Shown: positions 20,729 to 29,579 of the stretch, piece by piece
Numbering within the stretch: position 1 is the stretch's first letter
How the letters are laid out: every line of letters begins with the position of its first letter
Assembly: GCA_963668355.1 (NCBI GenBank)
Contig: OY764265.1
Location: 32,001-96,000 of the forward strand
DNA from: Bdellovibrionota bacterium
Lineage (GTDB): Bacteria; Bdellovibrionota_G; JALEGL01; DATDPG01
DNA: 64,000 bases
Direction of reading: 5' to 3'
Translations under genes and position numbers: made by a program
Notes under the pieces: model-generated
The model's database searches: none
What the model was told of the DNA's origin: nothing
What the model saw: only the letters and a program-made list of their open reading frames with translations

Positions 20729-21304
20729 ATGCTGGGAGAAACCAACACGCGGATTATAAAGAAGTATCAGAATCGAAAACTCTACGACACGAAGGACAGC
20801 TGCTACATCACGTTGGATGAAATCGCCAATTTGATCAAAAAAGGAGATGACGTTCAGGTCATCGACAATCGAACCAAAGCGGATGTGACTTCCGTGATTT
20901 TGACCCAAATTCTTGTGGATCAAGAAAAGGCCAATAAATCCATTCTGCCTTTGACCATGCTGAAAGACATCATTCAACACGGTCAAGGTTCGCTTTTTGA
21001 ATTCATTCAACGATATGTCCTGATGGGCATTGACAGTGAACAAGAAAAGCAAGCAGAAGCCGAACGTTACATTGATCGCCTGGTCAATCGGGGCGAGCTT
21101 TCCAAGATGGAGGGGAAAGCTCTCTTGAAAGAGGTCATGGGATCTAATGAGACGGATCGAAGTGAGTTCGACCAATACATTAGCGGTCGCGTCACTCAAA
21201 CGCTCAAAGAAACGACTGCCTTGGGCGATATCGAAAAGAACATCTCTTCGTTGCTCAACAAAATTGAAACGTTGGAAACGAAGCTTTCCAAATATGAGCG
21301 TTAA
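20729..21304 (+). CDS. PhaR-like DNA-binding regulator with phasin-like C-terminus
   Basis: IIKKYQNRKLYDT..SCYITL..DVTSVILTQI; LVNRGELS; GGAGGAAGG RBS. Confidence 0.8.
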   Translation: MLGETNTRIIKKYQNRKLYDTKDSCYITLDEIANLIKKGDDVQVIDNRTKADVTSVILTQILVDQEKANKSILPLTMLKDIIQHGQGSLFEFIQRYVLMGIDSEQEKQAEAERYIDRLVNRGELSKMEGKALLKEVMGSNETDRSEFDQYISGRVTQTLKETTALGDIEKNISSLLNKIETLETKLSKYER

Positions 21305-21330
21305 TTAGTCGTCTCATTGTCGTGATTTGA

Positions 21331-21359
21331 GGGCCACCTTTCAGGTGGCCCTTTTTTTT
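21331..21359 (+). terminator. Rho-independent terminator
   Basis: GGGCCACCT-TTC-AGGTGGCCC followed by T8. Confidence 0.9.
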
Positions 21360-21426
21360 GCGTCCCCTTCCCTCGCAAAAGCCAAGATCAATGGGTATTC
21401 TAGAATACAACTTTCAAAGGGGAGCG

Positions 21427-22470
21427 ATGCAACGATCTGAATTTTGGTGGGCCACCTTATTATTGATTCTACTGATTCCGTGGACTCTCAATGCCCACCC
21501 GTTGTTTGATGCCGAGCCCTCCAAAAGCATTGGCCTCAAAAAGAACCAGGGAAGTTTAGGCTTCATGGGCTCTTACATGCATTCCACAAAGTTTTTCAAT
21601 TCTTCTGGAAGTCGAGAAGAAAGCAGCCATTCTTCTTATCCGGGAAGTTCTGCCGAAGAATACCATGATGCCAGTTTGGTCATTCGAACGGCATACGGAA
21701 TCACAGATAATTTTGGCCTCTGGTTTGATCTACCGCTGGTTTACCGAAAAGAAGTCCAAGCCCTTCATGCGGGAGACTGGGGATTGGGAGACATTCACGC
21801 CGGACTTCGATACATCTTTTTCCGTTCACCAAAGGATGCCGTTGAAGTGGGCTTCGATTTGCAGTCTCGATTTCCCACTGGAGATACCGACGTCCATTTT
21901 TCCGATCCCATTCGAGGGCGTTCAGGGGAACTTCCTTTGGGAACCGGAAATCAAGACCTCTCTTTGGGCCTGGTTTCCAGATGGCATGCATTGCCATGGT
22001 TATCTCTCGACCTGAGAGGGCTATATACTTTTCGATTCAGCGCTTTGGTCGAATATCTCCAGGCCCCCACAACGCTTCAAATTTCCGCTGACGGTTCTCA
22101 ACAAGCCCTTCTTCCTACGGGGAATTTGAATATCGACTGGGGTGACGAAGTTTTTGGGGAAGGCCGACTCGGGTTTCAGATTCTTCCAAACTTGAGTTTT
22201 TTGGCTGGGATTCAATACATGTTTCGTCGAACCACGTATGTTCAAAACTTCGAAATCCAACCCGACAACGATGTCGTTCCCGTCACCCAACAGCTTTCAA
22301 AAGCTTTTCAACTGAGCGGAGTCCCAACCCTTCTGGCACACATCTCTAAACGCATAGAAGTTCTTGTATCTACAGAAATTCCGATCATGGGAGAAAACTC
22401 GCCCACCTTTCCTCTTGTAGAATCCTTATCAGGTTACCGATACCGATTGGAGGTCAGCTATGCGTTTTAA
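21427..22470 (+). CDS. Outer-membrane beta-barrel (transporter/CoxB-like family)
   Basis: Signal peptide, YGITD, GLGDI, FPTGD, LGTG motifs; terminal YAF. Confidence 0.65.
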   Translation: MQRSEFWWATLLLILLIPWTLNAHPLFDAEPSKSIGLKKNQGSLGFMGSYMHSTKFFNSSGSREESSHSSYPGSSAEEYHDASLVIRTAYGITDNFGLWFDLPLVYRKEVQALHAGDWGLGDIHAGLRYIFFRSPKDAVEVGFDLQSRFPTGDTDVHFSDPIRGRSGELPLGTGNQDLSLGLVSRWHALPWLSLDLRGLYTFRFSALVEYLQAPTTLQISADGSQQALLPTGNLNIDWGDEVFGEGRLGFQILPNLSFLAGIQYMFRRTTYVQNFEIQPDNDVVPVTQQLSKAFQLSGVPTLLAHISKRIEVLVSTEIPIMGENSPTFPLVESLSGYRYRLEVSYAF

Positions 22471-25400
22471 GACCTTCTTACTCTTTTTCATTTTCTGTAT
22501 TTCCTCATCGGCCTTCGGAATGAACTCTCCTGAATTGAGGTGGAAAACCTTCGAAACCGATCATTTCATCATTCACTATTATGATGAAGTCGAATGGACA
22601 GCCCGAAAAGTCGCAAGCATTGCCGATGAAATCTATGTTCAGGTGACTGAACTCTATGAACACAAGCTGAAAACCAAAACCAATATTGTCGTTCGCGATG
22701 ATCACGATCTCTCCAACGGCTTCGCCGTATACAATCTTGGATGGGTGACCATTTGGGCGTCTCCTTCCACTCTCTCCCTTCGAGGAAGACACGATTGGGT
22801 TCGAGGCGTCTTAACCCATGAGTTTGCTCACGTCGTTTCTTTGGAAGCATCTTCGGGAGCCGGAAGCCTCATCGAAGGCATTCGCATAGGAGGAATTGGA
22901 AACGGAAACACCAAAGAAAATACGGACCTAGGCGCCACCGCTCTCATCCCCACTCATCCCTATTATCGATGGTGGGCGGAAGGAACCGCTCAAATCGATA
23001 CAACGTCACTCGGATACGATGCGTGGGATACGCACCGAGATATGCTTCTACGGTCAGCAACACTCGAAAACAATCTGCTTTCCTTCAACCAGATGCGTAA
23101 TATTGGCATTCGAGAACATTTCGGAGGAGAGCTTGTATACAACCAGGGATACTCTTTCCTGCTGTGGTTGAACGAAACCTATGGGAAGAAAGCCAATCGC
23201 AAGATTGCCAATCAAGCTGCAAAACACTGGCACTTAGACTTTGATACCAATCTCGAAAAGGCCATTGGGAAACCTGCCAAGACATTGGATCGGGAGTGGA
23301 GAGCCCACTTAAAAGAAATGTATGAAGCTCAAATCAAAGCTCTACCCGACCCCATCATCGAAGGAACCCGAATTGATGTCATCAATCAACGGGAAGCCGA
23401 AGAAGATGCCCAAACGCAGACGGAAGTCAACGACCAACCCTACGCAGATGGCGTACTGAATTTCTATCCGCGATTTTCGCCGGATGGCCATTGGTTCGGT
23501 TGGATCAGCAGTAGCTTTCTCAAGCTCCAGTACTTGGATCAACCCTTCAATTTGGCCGCGTCATCGACGGAGCCGTTGGAACTCGAATTCAGAGCCAAGT
23601 TTTATTCCTGGGATCCCACGTCCTCAAAATTGGTTCTTTCCAGGAGGCGTGCAAATGTATTGGGGAAATACCGTGTCTTTGACTTATACCTTGTGGACTT
23701 GGCCCAAGTGATTCAGTTGAGAAAGACCTATGTTCAAAACTTTGAACGTGCAAAAAACGAAGAGAAACAACAAAATCTTACGTCGAACTATAAAGATGAG
23801 TTGGACGACATCGACCCCACCCCCCATCGACTTTCTACTCACTTGCGCGCAACGCATCTCGCCTGGTCACCGAACGGAAAATGGATCGCTTACGCTCAAA
23901 ATAAGGATGGTCACCGTCATTTAAAAGCCATCACTCCGGATGGATCCGTCACTAAAGATCTATTAGCCATCGGAGGAGATGCGGAGATACTCGATCCCGC
24001 GTGGTCACCCAATGGCGAGAAACTGGCCGTCATGCTTTTCAATCATGATCAATCGGACATTTGGATTTTAAATGCGGATGGAAGCAACCCGGTCCCCTTA
24101 ACATTGGATCGGTACGATGATCGAGAACCTGTTTTCACTCCGGACGGAAAAGGAATTGTGTTCAGTTCCGATCGCTCTGGAATCTATCAATTGTATTACC
24201 TTCCCCTATCTGAGAAAAAACGATTTGTTCCATTTCCCATTACGAATGTCGAAACCGGAGCGTTCATGCCCCATATCCCTTCCAAAGGAAACGATATGTT
24301 GTATGTTCGCTTCAGTTCCTTTGGCTTCAAACCATACCGGCTTCCCGTTCCTTCTTTTTCTCCTCAACTTGAAGCGAATGCGCGGATTGATTCCTCCGCC
24401 GAACAACAACTCACACCGGAAGACTTTCCTCCGTTGGAATCCCATCGTTATTTTCCTTGGCCCCGACCCATTCGAATCTTTCCTTCCATCATGTGGGAAA
24501 ACGATCAGATCAAGGCGGGCCTGGCCTTACAAGTTTCCGACTACTTGGAGGAACATAATTTCACAGCCTTGGGATTGTTTGGGTCCGAAACGGACTATCA
24601 GCTTTCGTATTTGAATCAAATGTTCTGGTGGGACATGAAGGCAAGTTATACCGCCTATATCCGAGACAATGCGTTTACCTTCATCAATGATGGGGATGGC
24701 ATCGCCGATGAGCCGGAAGGGGTTTTGAGAGACAATATTCAATTCATCCAAGCCGGGATTTCTCAAGATTTTCGTTTTGACTCCGGATTCCCAGGAGATC
24801 ACCGTTTTTCGGTCACGTATGATCGTCGTTTCGTAGACCGACGCGTCGGATTCCCTCTATATTTGGGGAATCAAATCGACACGGAGTTTCGCCTACTCAC
24901 CAATGATGGTGTCACGGCCGAATGGAATTTCGAACGATACAAAGACAAACGCAAACGGGATGGGGACATCAACCCCCAACGACTGACCCGAGCTTCCCTT
25001 ACATACTCTTTCGTACACACTGACCTTTATTCGGGCCAAGATCCAAATTATTTCTACCACGAAGTCACGGCGAATTTTCAACGCTATTTCAAGTTGGGTT
25101 TTAAAGATCCCTGGTGGGAGCATCATACCTTTTGGTTCAATGTCACAGGCGGATGGAAGTCCAAGAACGTCGATATCAACGATGAATTTTATCTGGGAGG
25201 ACGATTAAACTTTCGGGCCTTCGGAGAAATTTCCTCCAATACGCTCTTTTACGGATATGAAGATTTCAGCATTTCGGGTGAAACGATGTTGCTGCTTTCG
25301 ACCGGCTATACGTTCCCAATTGCTCGGGAGCTGGATTGGAAATGGTCCATCTTGTATGTCGATGCCATTTTCGCCTCCCTTTTTGCTGAAGTCGGAAATG

Positions 25401-25633
25401 CCTGGGAACACGGTGAAATTCGGAACAAATCCGTCCCCAATGGAGGAAATGGCGCCATCTTGCTTCAGGATGTCGGGGCGCAAATCAAAATGAAGGCTTT
25501 CCTCTTTAGTGATCACAACGAATGGCATAGCATCTTTCGCGTGGCCTACGGATTCCAAGATGATGCAGCTCACGGGTTTAGCGACGATGACTGGCCCATT
25601 CGCATGTTCCTAGGAATAGGCACCAATTTCTGA
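22460..25633 (+). CDS. Exported Zn-peptidase + TolB-like propeller + Omp85-like barrel protein
   Basis: HEFAH...WWAEG; PD40 repeats (PRFSPDG, AWSPNG twice, PVFTPDG); FYLGG, FAEVGNAW; terminal Phe. Confidence 0.75.
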   Translation: MRFKTFLLFFIFCISSSAFGMNSPELRWKTFETDHFIIHYYDEVEWTARKVASIADEIYVQVTELYEHKLKTKTNIVVRDDHDLSNGFAVYNLGWVTIWASPSTLSLRGRHDWVRGVLTHEFAHVVSLEASSGAGSLIEGIRIGGIGNGNTKENTDLGATALIPTHPYYRWWAEGTAQIDTTSLGYDAWDTHRDMLLRSATLENNLLSFNQMRNIGIREHFGGELVYNQGYSFLLWLNETYGKKANRKIANQAAKHWHLDFDTNLEKAIGKPAKTLDREWRAHLKEMYEAQIKALPDPIIEGTRIDVINQREAEEDAQTQTEVNDQPYADGVLNFYPRFSPDGHWFGWISSSFLKLQYLDQPFNLAASSTEPLELEFRAKFYSWDPTSSKLVLSRRRANVLGKYRVFDLYLVDLAQVIQLRKTYVQNFERAKNEEKQQNLTSNYKDELDDIDPTPHRLSTHLRATHLAWSPNGKWIAYAQNKDGHRHLKAITPDGSVTKDLLAIGGDAEILDPAWSPNGEKLAVMLFNHDQSDIWILNADGSNPVPLTLDRYDDREPVFTPDGKGIVFSSDRSGIYQLYYLPLSEKKRFVPFPITNVETGAFMPHIPSKGNDMLYVRFSSFGFKPYRLPVPSFSPQLEANARIDSSAEQQLTPEDFPPLESHRYFPWPRPIRIFPSIMWENDQIKAGLALQVSDYLEEHNFTALGLFGSETDYQLSYLNQMFWWDMKASYTAYIRDNAFTFINDGDGIADEPEGVLRDNIQFIQAGISQDFRFDSGFPGDHRFSVTYDRRFVDRRVGFPLYLGNQIDTEFRLLTNDGVTAEWNFERYKDKRKRDGDINPQRLTRASLTYSFVHTDLYSGQDPNYFYHEVTANFQRYFKLGFKDPWWEHHTFWFNVTGGWKSKNVDINDEFYLGGRLNFRAFGEISSNTLFYGYEDFSISGETMLLLSTGYTFPIARELDWKWSILYVDAIFASLFAEVGNAWEHGEIRNKSVPNGGNGAILLQDVGAQIKMKAFLFSDHNEWHSIFRVAYGFQDDAAHGFSDDDWPIRMFLGIGTNF

Positions 25634-25646
25634 AAAACACGGAAGA

Positions 25647-25664
25647 GCGCGACATCCGTCGCGC
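25647..25664. terminator. GC hairpin between the Omp85-like gene and the ncRNA candidate
   Basis: GCGCGAC-ATCC-GTCGCGC; pyrimidine/U tail on minus strand. Confidence 0.5.
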
Positions 25665-25665
25665 A

Positions 25666-25826
25666 AGGGACTCCTTCCGGGCATTCATAAGGACGAGAAG
25701 ATTTTGTGGGAGGGTCCTGACGTTGGGGGGCCCATCCCCTTGCGGGCACAGGACCGTCCTCAGGCGATTCGTCCCACAACGCCACCCTTGAGACATATCG
25801 AGCCCCTTGTCCAGGAGCGTCCCTCG
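25666..25826 (-). ncRNA. Rod-shaped structured RNA candidate (6S RNA-like)
   Basis: Nested pairings 25666-75/25813-24, 25704-11/25772-79 and 25716-20/25760-64; apical CCC-GCAA-GGG on minus strand; unpaired central region. Confidence 0.5.
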
Positions 25827-25889
25827 TTAGATATAGGAACTCCGTGTTTCAAAATCCCCCAAATACTTCCCTGAAGCATCACGTATCAC

Positions 25890-25918
25890 TTGATTTTCAC
25901 CGCCGACCAAAGTAACTT
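25890..25918 (+). promoter_or_regulatory. Putative sigma70 promoter of the tRNA
   Basis: TTGATT-N17-TAACTT, 16 nt upstream of the tRNA. Confidence 0.5.
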
Positions 25919-25934
25919 CCGGCCTCCTTCGAAC

Positions 25935-26011
25935 GGGCGATTAGCTCAGCTGGATAGAGCATCAGGCTTCGAACCTGAGGGTCGGGGGTTCGAATCCCTC
26001 ATCGCCCGCCA
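25935..26011 (+). tRNA. tRNA-Arg (anticodon TCG)
   Basis: Acceptor GGGCGAT/ATCGCCC, D arm AGCTCAGCTGGATAGAGC, anticodon arm TCAGG-CTTCGAA-CCTGA, GGTTCGAATCC, encoded CCA. Confidence 0.97.
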
Positions 26012-26160
26012 TAAAAAAACACCCGCTCAAGGCGGGTATTTTTTTAGGGTCTCGGGAGATCCTCAAAAAGAAGGAACCGGCCGGGAACCCACTATGTGGG
26101 TGGACGGGTTCTCACCTTCAGGATCTATGGACGAGAGTCCATGAATCCCTCATCGGCCGC
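26005..26160 (+). repeat. Structured ~155-bp direct repeat, copy 1
   Basis: Matches 34729-34882 (6 substitutions and a 2-nt indel by eye); has a terminator-like hairpin and ends in a tRNA 3'-end copy. Confidence 0.92.
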
Positions 26161-26240
26161 CATTTTTCATTTTGGTCCCTTCGGGCCAAGGCCGACCACC
26201 CATCCTGATACCTCGAACCTGAATGTTTCCAATAAACCGA

Positions 26241-26316
26241 ACCTGAGGGGTACTCAGCGAAGCTGGGTCGAAGGTGAGCTCTCTGCAGGTCTGCGAACGA
26301 AAGTTCGCGAATCCCT
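26241..26316 (+). repeat. Divergent third structured unit ending in GAATCCCT
   Basis: ACCTG/CAGGT stem, then GCGAAC-GAAA-GTTCGC-GAATCCCT; same layout as the 3' part of copy 1. Confidence 0.55.
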
Positions 26317-26404
26317 TTGAAAATCCTACGAATGGTTACAAAGTCCCCGTTTTTCGCACACCCGCACACCTTATCCATCAATATGAAGTCTGCTTCTCTT
26401 GCGC

Positions 26405-26569
26405 CTATGTGCCTATCTCGACCGCTTCCGTATATTCCGCATCCACTAAATAACTCTCGTCACTGATCTCTGCATCAACGTACTCCCCATCCGCTTGACC
26501 ACCTTCTGCCTGTTTCACCCAATCTGGAGGCCCCGTGGCCCGCTCCTCCCTCGTTGGCTCTCCTAAATG
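26405..26569 (-). pseudogene. Possible C-terminal remnant of an IS91-family transposase
   Basis: Reads HLGEPTREERATGPPDW plus acidic tail, resembling the HLG...RGPP end of IS91/ISCR transposases; no start codon. Confidence 0.45.
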
Positions 26570-26691
26570 GCCTGGTCGCTTTCACCATCGCCAGTTCCAC
26601 AAACTTCGGTAATGCGAATACTCGACTCCAAAGAAGAGCTCCCGAAAATTTGGACATCTGCCCCGCACGAAACCAAGAAAATTTGCTCAAA

Positions 26692-28311
26692 TCATTCCAA
26701 GTCCATAACAAAAACCGTATCGGGCATTTCTTGAGCACTTTCGGGCCGATTCCTCCACAAATTGAAACCAAAGCGTGCGGGCAGCTCTTTCACGACGAAT
26801 CTCAAGTCAGGCATCTTAGGACTCGTATTATTGCACCCCCCAGGGACCGAACAACTCATTCCCAGATGAATAAAGTCTCGCAAAGTGACGACATGCGAGA
26901 ATGCATCTTCAGGCAGGGCCAGACCGTGCGTCTCTTCCTCCCGAAAGGAACCAAAACGGAAACCAAAGTCACGAGCATTATAGGTTTGAAGTCTAAGCCG
27001 ATTCTCTTGGCTGGATGGATATTTTTTCTCCTTAATGAAGCGGAAATGCTCCGAAACTCGATAACGAGCGTAAACCCAATTCTTTTCTTCAGTCCATCGA
27101 AGTTCGAGTGGCTTGATCATAAATTCAAGCGGGTCTCTCTTCGGTGGCCCCGAAAACCAGGAAAGGTCAGACATGACGCCCAACAGGAGATGAGGATTAT
27201 TGAGATACCTTGATTCTCTGGATAAGCCGTTGGCATTTTGGGGACCGCGGCGATGATAGTATACGCCCTCGATTCCCCACCAAGCCTTTCCATCTTCGAT
27301 GAGACCAAAAACGTGCTTCGAAGGTTCATACTGGCTTGGCATTAACCACGCGTGTTTGCGCATGAGGTTCCTTCGTAAATCGAAAATTTGAGCCTTGGTC
27401 TTTCCGTCTAGTTCGCTCATCTCATTTAAAGGAACCTTCTTCGCTTTCTCAACCCGAGGAAGCGAGCGCAACTCTTGCCCCTCACGGATTCCAAAAATTC
27501 CAGGTTTGTAAAAAGCAATCGCTATACCAAACAAAACCAAGAATCCTTGCCCCGCCATGATGAGGGGCAAGCGAACCTGCTCCAAAAGAGAGGATCGATC
27601 CGCAACCAGTGATCGAGAAGAAACCATTTCCCTTCGTAAATCGGTTCTTTTTCGCCGTCGGATTTCTTCCAAAAACTTGGAACGCAAGTTCATTAACGAT
27701 TGATTCCACAAAGGGTCTGCCAAGGTGATCAGATAACTTTCGAACTGAGAAATACGAATCGAAACTTGGGAACTTTTTACGAGATTCTTCAAAAATCCCC
27801 TTGCTTCCGATGTTTCAAGGGCCGAAATCTCGTCCATCCGAAAGGATTTATAGCGAACGACCGATGCTTTAGAATTGGTTTGAAAAAGTGAAATTCCATC
27901 TCGGGTCAACGCGACAATGGCCCGACGGTCATTTTTTTGAAACCGCCCTCCCAAGCTTCCTGTTACAGAGGGTCTTTCACTAGGACTAAAGGATCCCCGA
28001 AAGAAAAGCTCTGGTTCCTCCTCAAGAAATGGACGAAGTCGTTCTCGGTCCGCTTCTTCTGACATATGAATCTGAGAAAACCCATGTTCGTTTTGCGCGG
28101 GAACTTCATTCCATCCTACAAGTATGTTCTGAGAAGAATGACAGAGAAGGAGATGAACCACGCCCGCTAAAAAGAAGGTCACAGCCGGAAGCAACAGAAG
28201 TGGCCACCAAGAAGGTCCGCCATCCCTCGCCATCCAAACCATCAAAAAAACCGGGACCCCGGCCAAAAAAAACGAAACGAGAGCTCCAATTAAATAATCT
28301 GGCCTTCTCAT
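26692..28311 (-). CDS. Hypothetical membrane protein
   Basis: Long ORF; two N-terminal TM, one central TM, C-terminal domain with SCSVPGGCNN; ATG 28311 preferred. Confidence 0.65.
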   Translation of the reverse strand: MRRPDYLIGALVSFFLAGVPVFLMVWMARDGGPSWWPLLLLPAVTFFLAGVVHLLLCHSSQNILVGWNEVPAQNEHGFSQIHMSEEADRERLRPFLEEEPELFFRGSFSPSERPSVTGSLGGRFQKNDRRAIVALTRDGISLFQTNSKASVVRYKSFRMDEISALETSEARGFLKNLVKSSQVSIRISQFESYLITLADPLWNQSLMNLRSKFLEEIRRRKRTDLRREMVSSRSLVADRSSLLEQVRLPLIMAGQGFLVLFGIAIAFYKPGIFGIREGQELRSLPRVEKAKKVPLNEMSELDGKTKAQIFDLRRNLMRKHAWLMPSQYEPSKHVFGLIEDGKAWWGIEGVYYHRRGPQNANGLSRESRYLNNPHLLLGVMSDLSWFSGPPKRDPLEFMIKPLELRWTEEKNWVYARYRVSEHFRFIKEKKYPSSQENRLRLQTYNARDFGFRFGSFREEETHGLALPEDAFSHVVTLRDFIHLGMSCSVPGGCNNTSPKMPDLRFVVKELPARFGFNLWRNRPESAQEMPDTVFVMDLE

Positions 28312-28452
28312 TGTCTCATCATAAAGCAGGCAAGCCCCACAGAAAACATGATTTCGCTCGCCGAGCCGACATCCAGTCTGAACCATGAAATGATTAAGGA
28401 TCGCCCGGTACTTAGGAAACATACAACGGGTACGAATTCTTCGAATTGAGTC

Positions 28453-28992
28453 TTAATCGGATTCAGTGGTGTGGCCTTTGAGTTCAAGTGGCTTTTTAAA
28501 CTTGGGCGAGAGCAACCAGTAGCCGTAGCTCAGCCCTAGACCTAAAACTCCCACGCTATACCAAAGAAAGTGAGGGCCTATCTTCTCGTAGACGGACGTT
28601 CCCAACGGGCCCGCTATCACAAAGGCCACCGAAAATGACATGGCAATGGCAGCCATGTATTTTCCCTGCGCGCCCACGGGAGACCATTGGCCGGCCACCG
28701 CATGCAACATCGGCGCGGAAAGCATCTCACCGAATGTCCACACAACCACAGTGAAAACCGCAAAACCAAACGTTTGACCTAAGGGCATGAGACTGGAACC
28801 AAAACAGAGAAACAACGTACGTATGGCGCAGAGCTTGAGCGGATCTCTCTTTTCCACGAACTTGATGAGAACCATCTCGAACAAAACAATGGCAATCGTA
28901 TTCACCGCATAGAGCATCCCGATTCGATTCTCGAGCAAACCGTAGTGATCTCGGAGATAAAGAGGAAACGTGCCCAAAAACTGCATAAATGA
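28453..28992 (-). pseudogene. C-terminal half of an MFS transporter
   Basis: FPLYL, AVNTIAIVLFEM, WTFGEML, QGKYMA; about 6 TM only; 5' end replaced by a palindrome. Confidence 0.8.
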
Positions 28993-29056
28993 AATCGGGG
29001 GACAGTCGACCGTATCCATTTTTCTAGAATCGGATAGCGTCGACTGTCCCCCGATT
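28993..29056. repeat. REP/REPIN-like palindrome
   Basis: AATCGGGGGACAGTCGAC (28993-29010) and its exact reverse complement (29039-29056); inner TATCC/GGATA. Confidence 0.85.
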
Positions 29057-29579
29057 ACATGGGGAGGTTGGAAATCATCTCAGAGAAAGGAAATCCCTAT
29101 ACGTTAGGTCCGGGCTTCTGCCTTTTTAAGATTCTTCCCGTACTCCGTTCGAGCTCCTTTTCCCGAATCTTCAATTCGAATTCCGGTTACGTCGTACGGC
29201 CCCCGACTTCCCCCGACTTTGTGGCGTCTCCTAGTCCCGCGATCGGGGTTTCCTCATTTCCACCGCCTGGACATCCCAGAAGCAGAAAAAGGCTCATGAA
29301 ACCAAAAAGCTGCAAACACCCCCCTAAACCCATGCCCCACGCATGGAGCGAGAAGTGTGTCAAGTTTCTCGACAGAGGCGTGCGTTTTAAGTGTAAGATA
29401 TTAAGAGGTTAAGAAAAATCACGGCTAAGGAACTTCGACCTGTAAACTTCAGTTCTCTCCCTAGGGACGCAAAAGTTCCGCCCCAAAACCTTGTATTGAC
29501 ATGGTGCGTTATTTTTTGTATAGGTTGAGCCCCATTACGAGTGGGGTGATTTGCTAACTTTAGCCTTGAGGTTTAACTA

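Noticed and set aside
26143..26162. Second tRNA gene
   Set aside because: Only the 3' 20 nt match; upstream sequence lacks D and anticodon arms
25570..26381. Short ORFs 25570-25796, 25890-26144, 26096-26381
   Set aside because: Overlap the tRNA and structured repeats; no RBS or recognisable motifs
29059..29412. 117-aa ORF upstream of the cargo gene
   Set aside because: Pro/Ser-rich with no motif; likely non-coding
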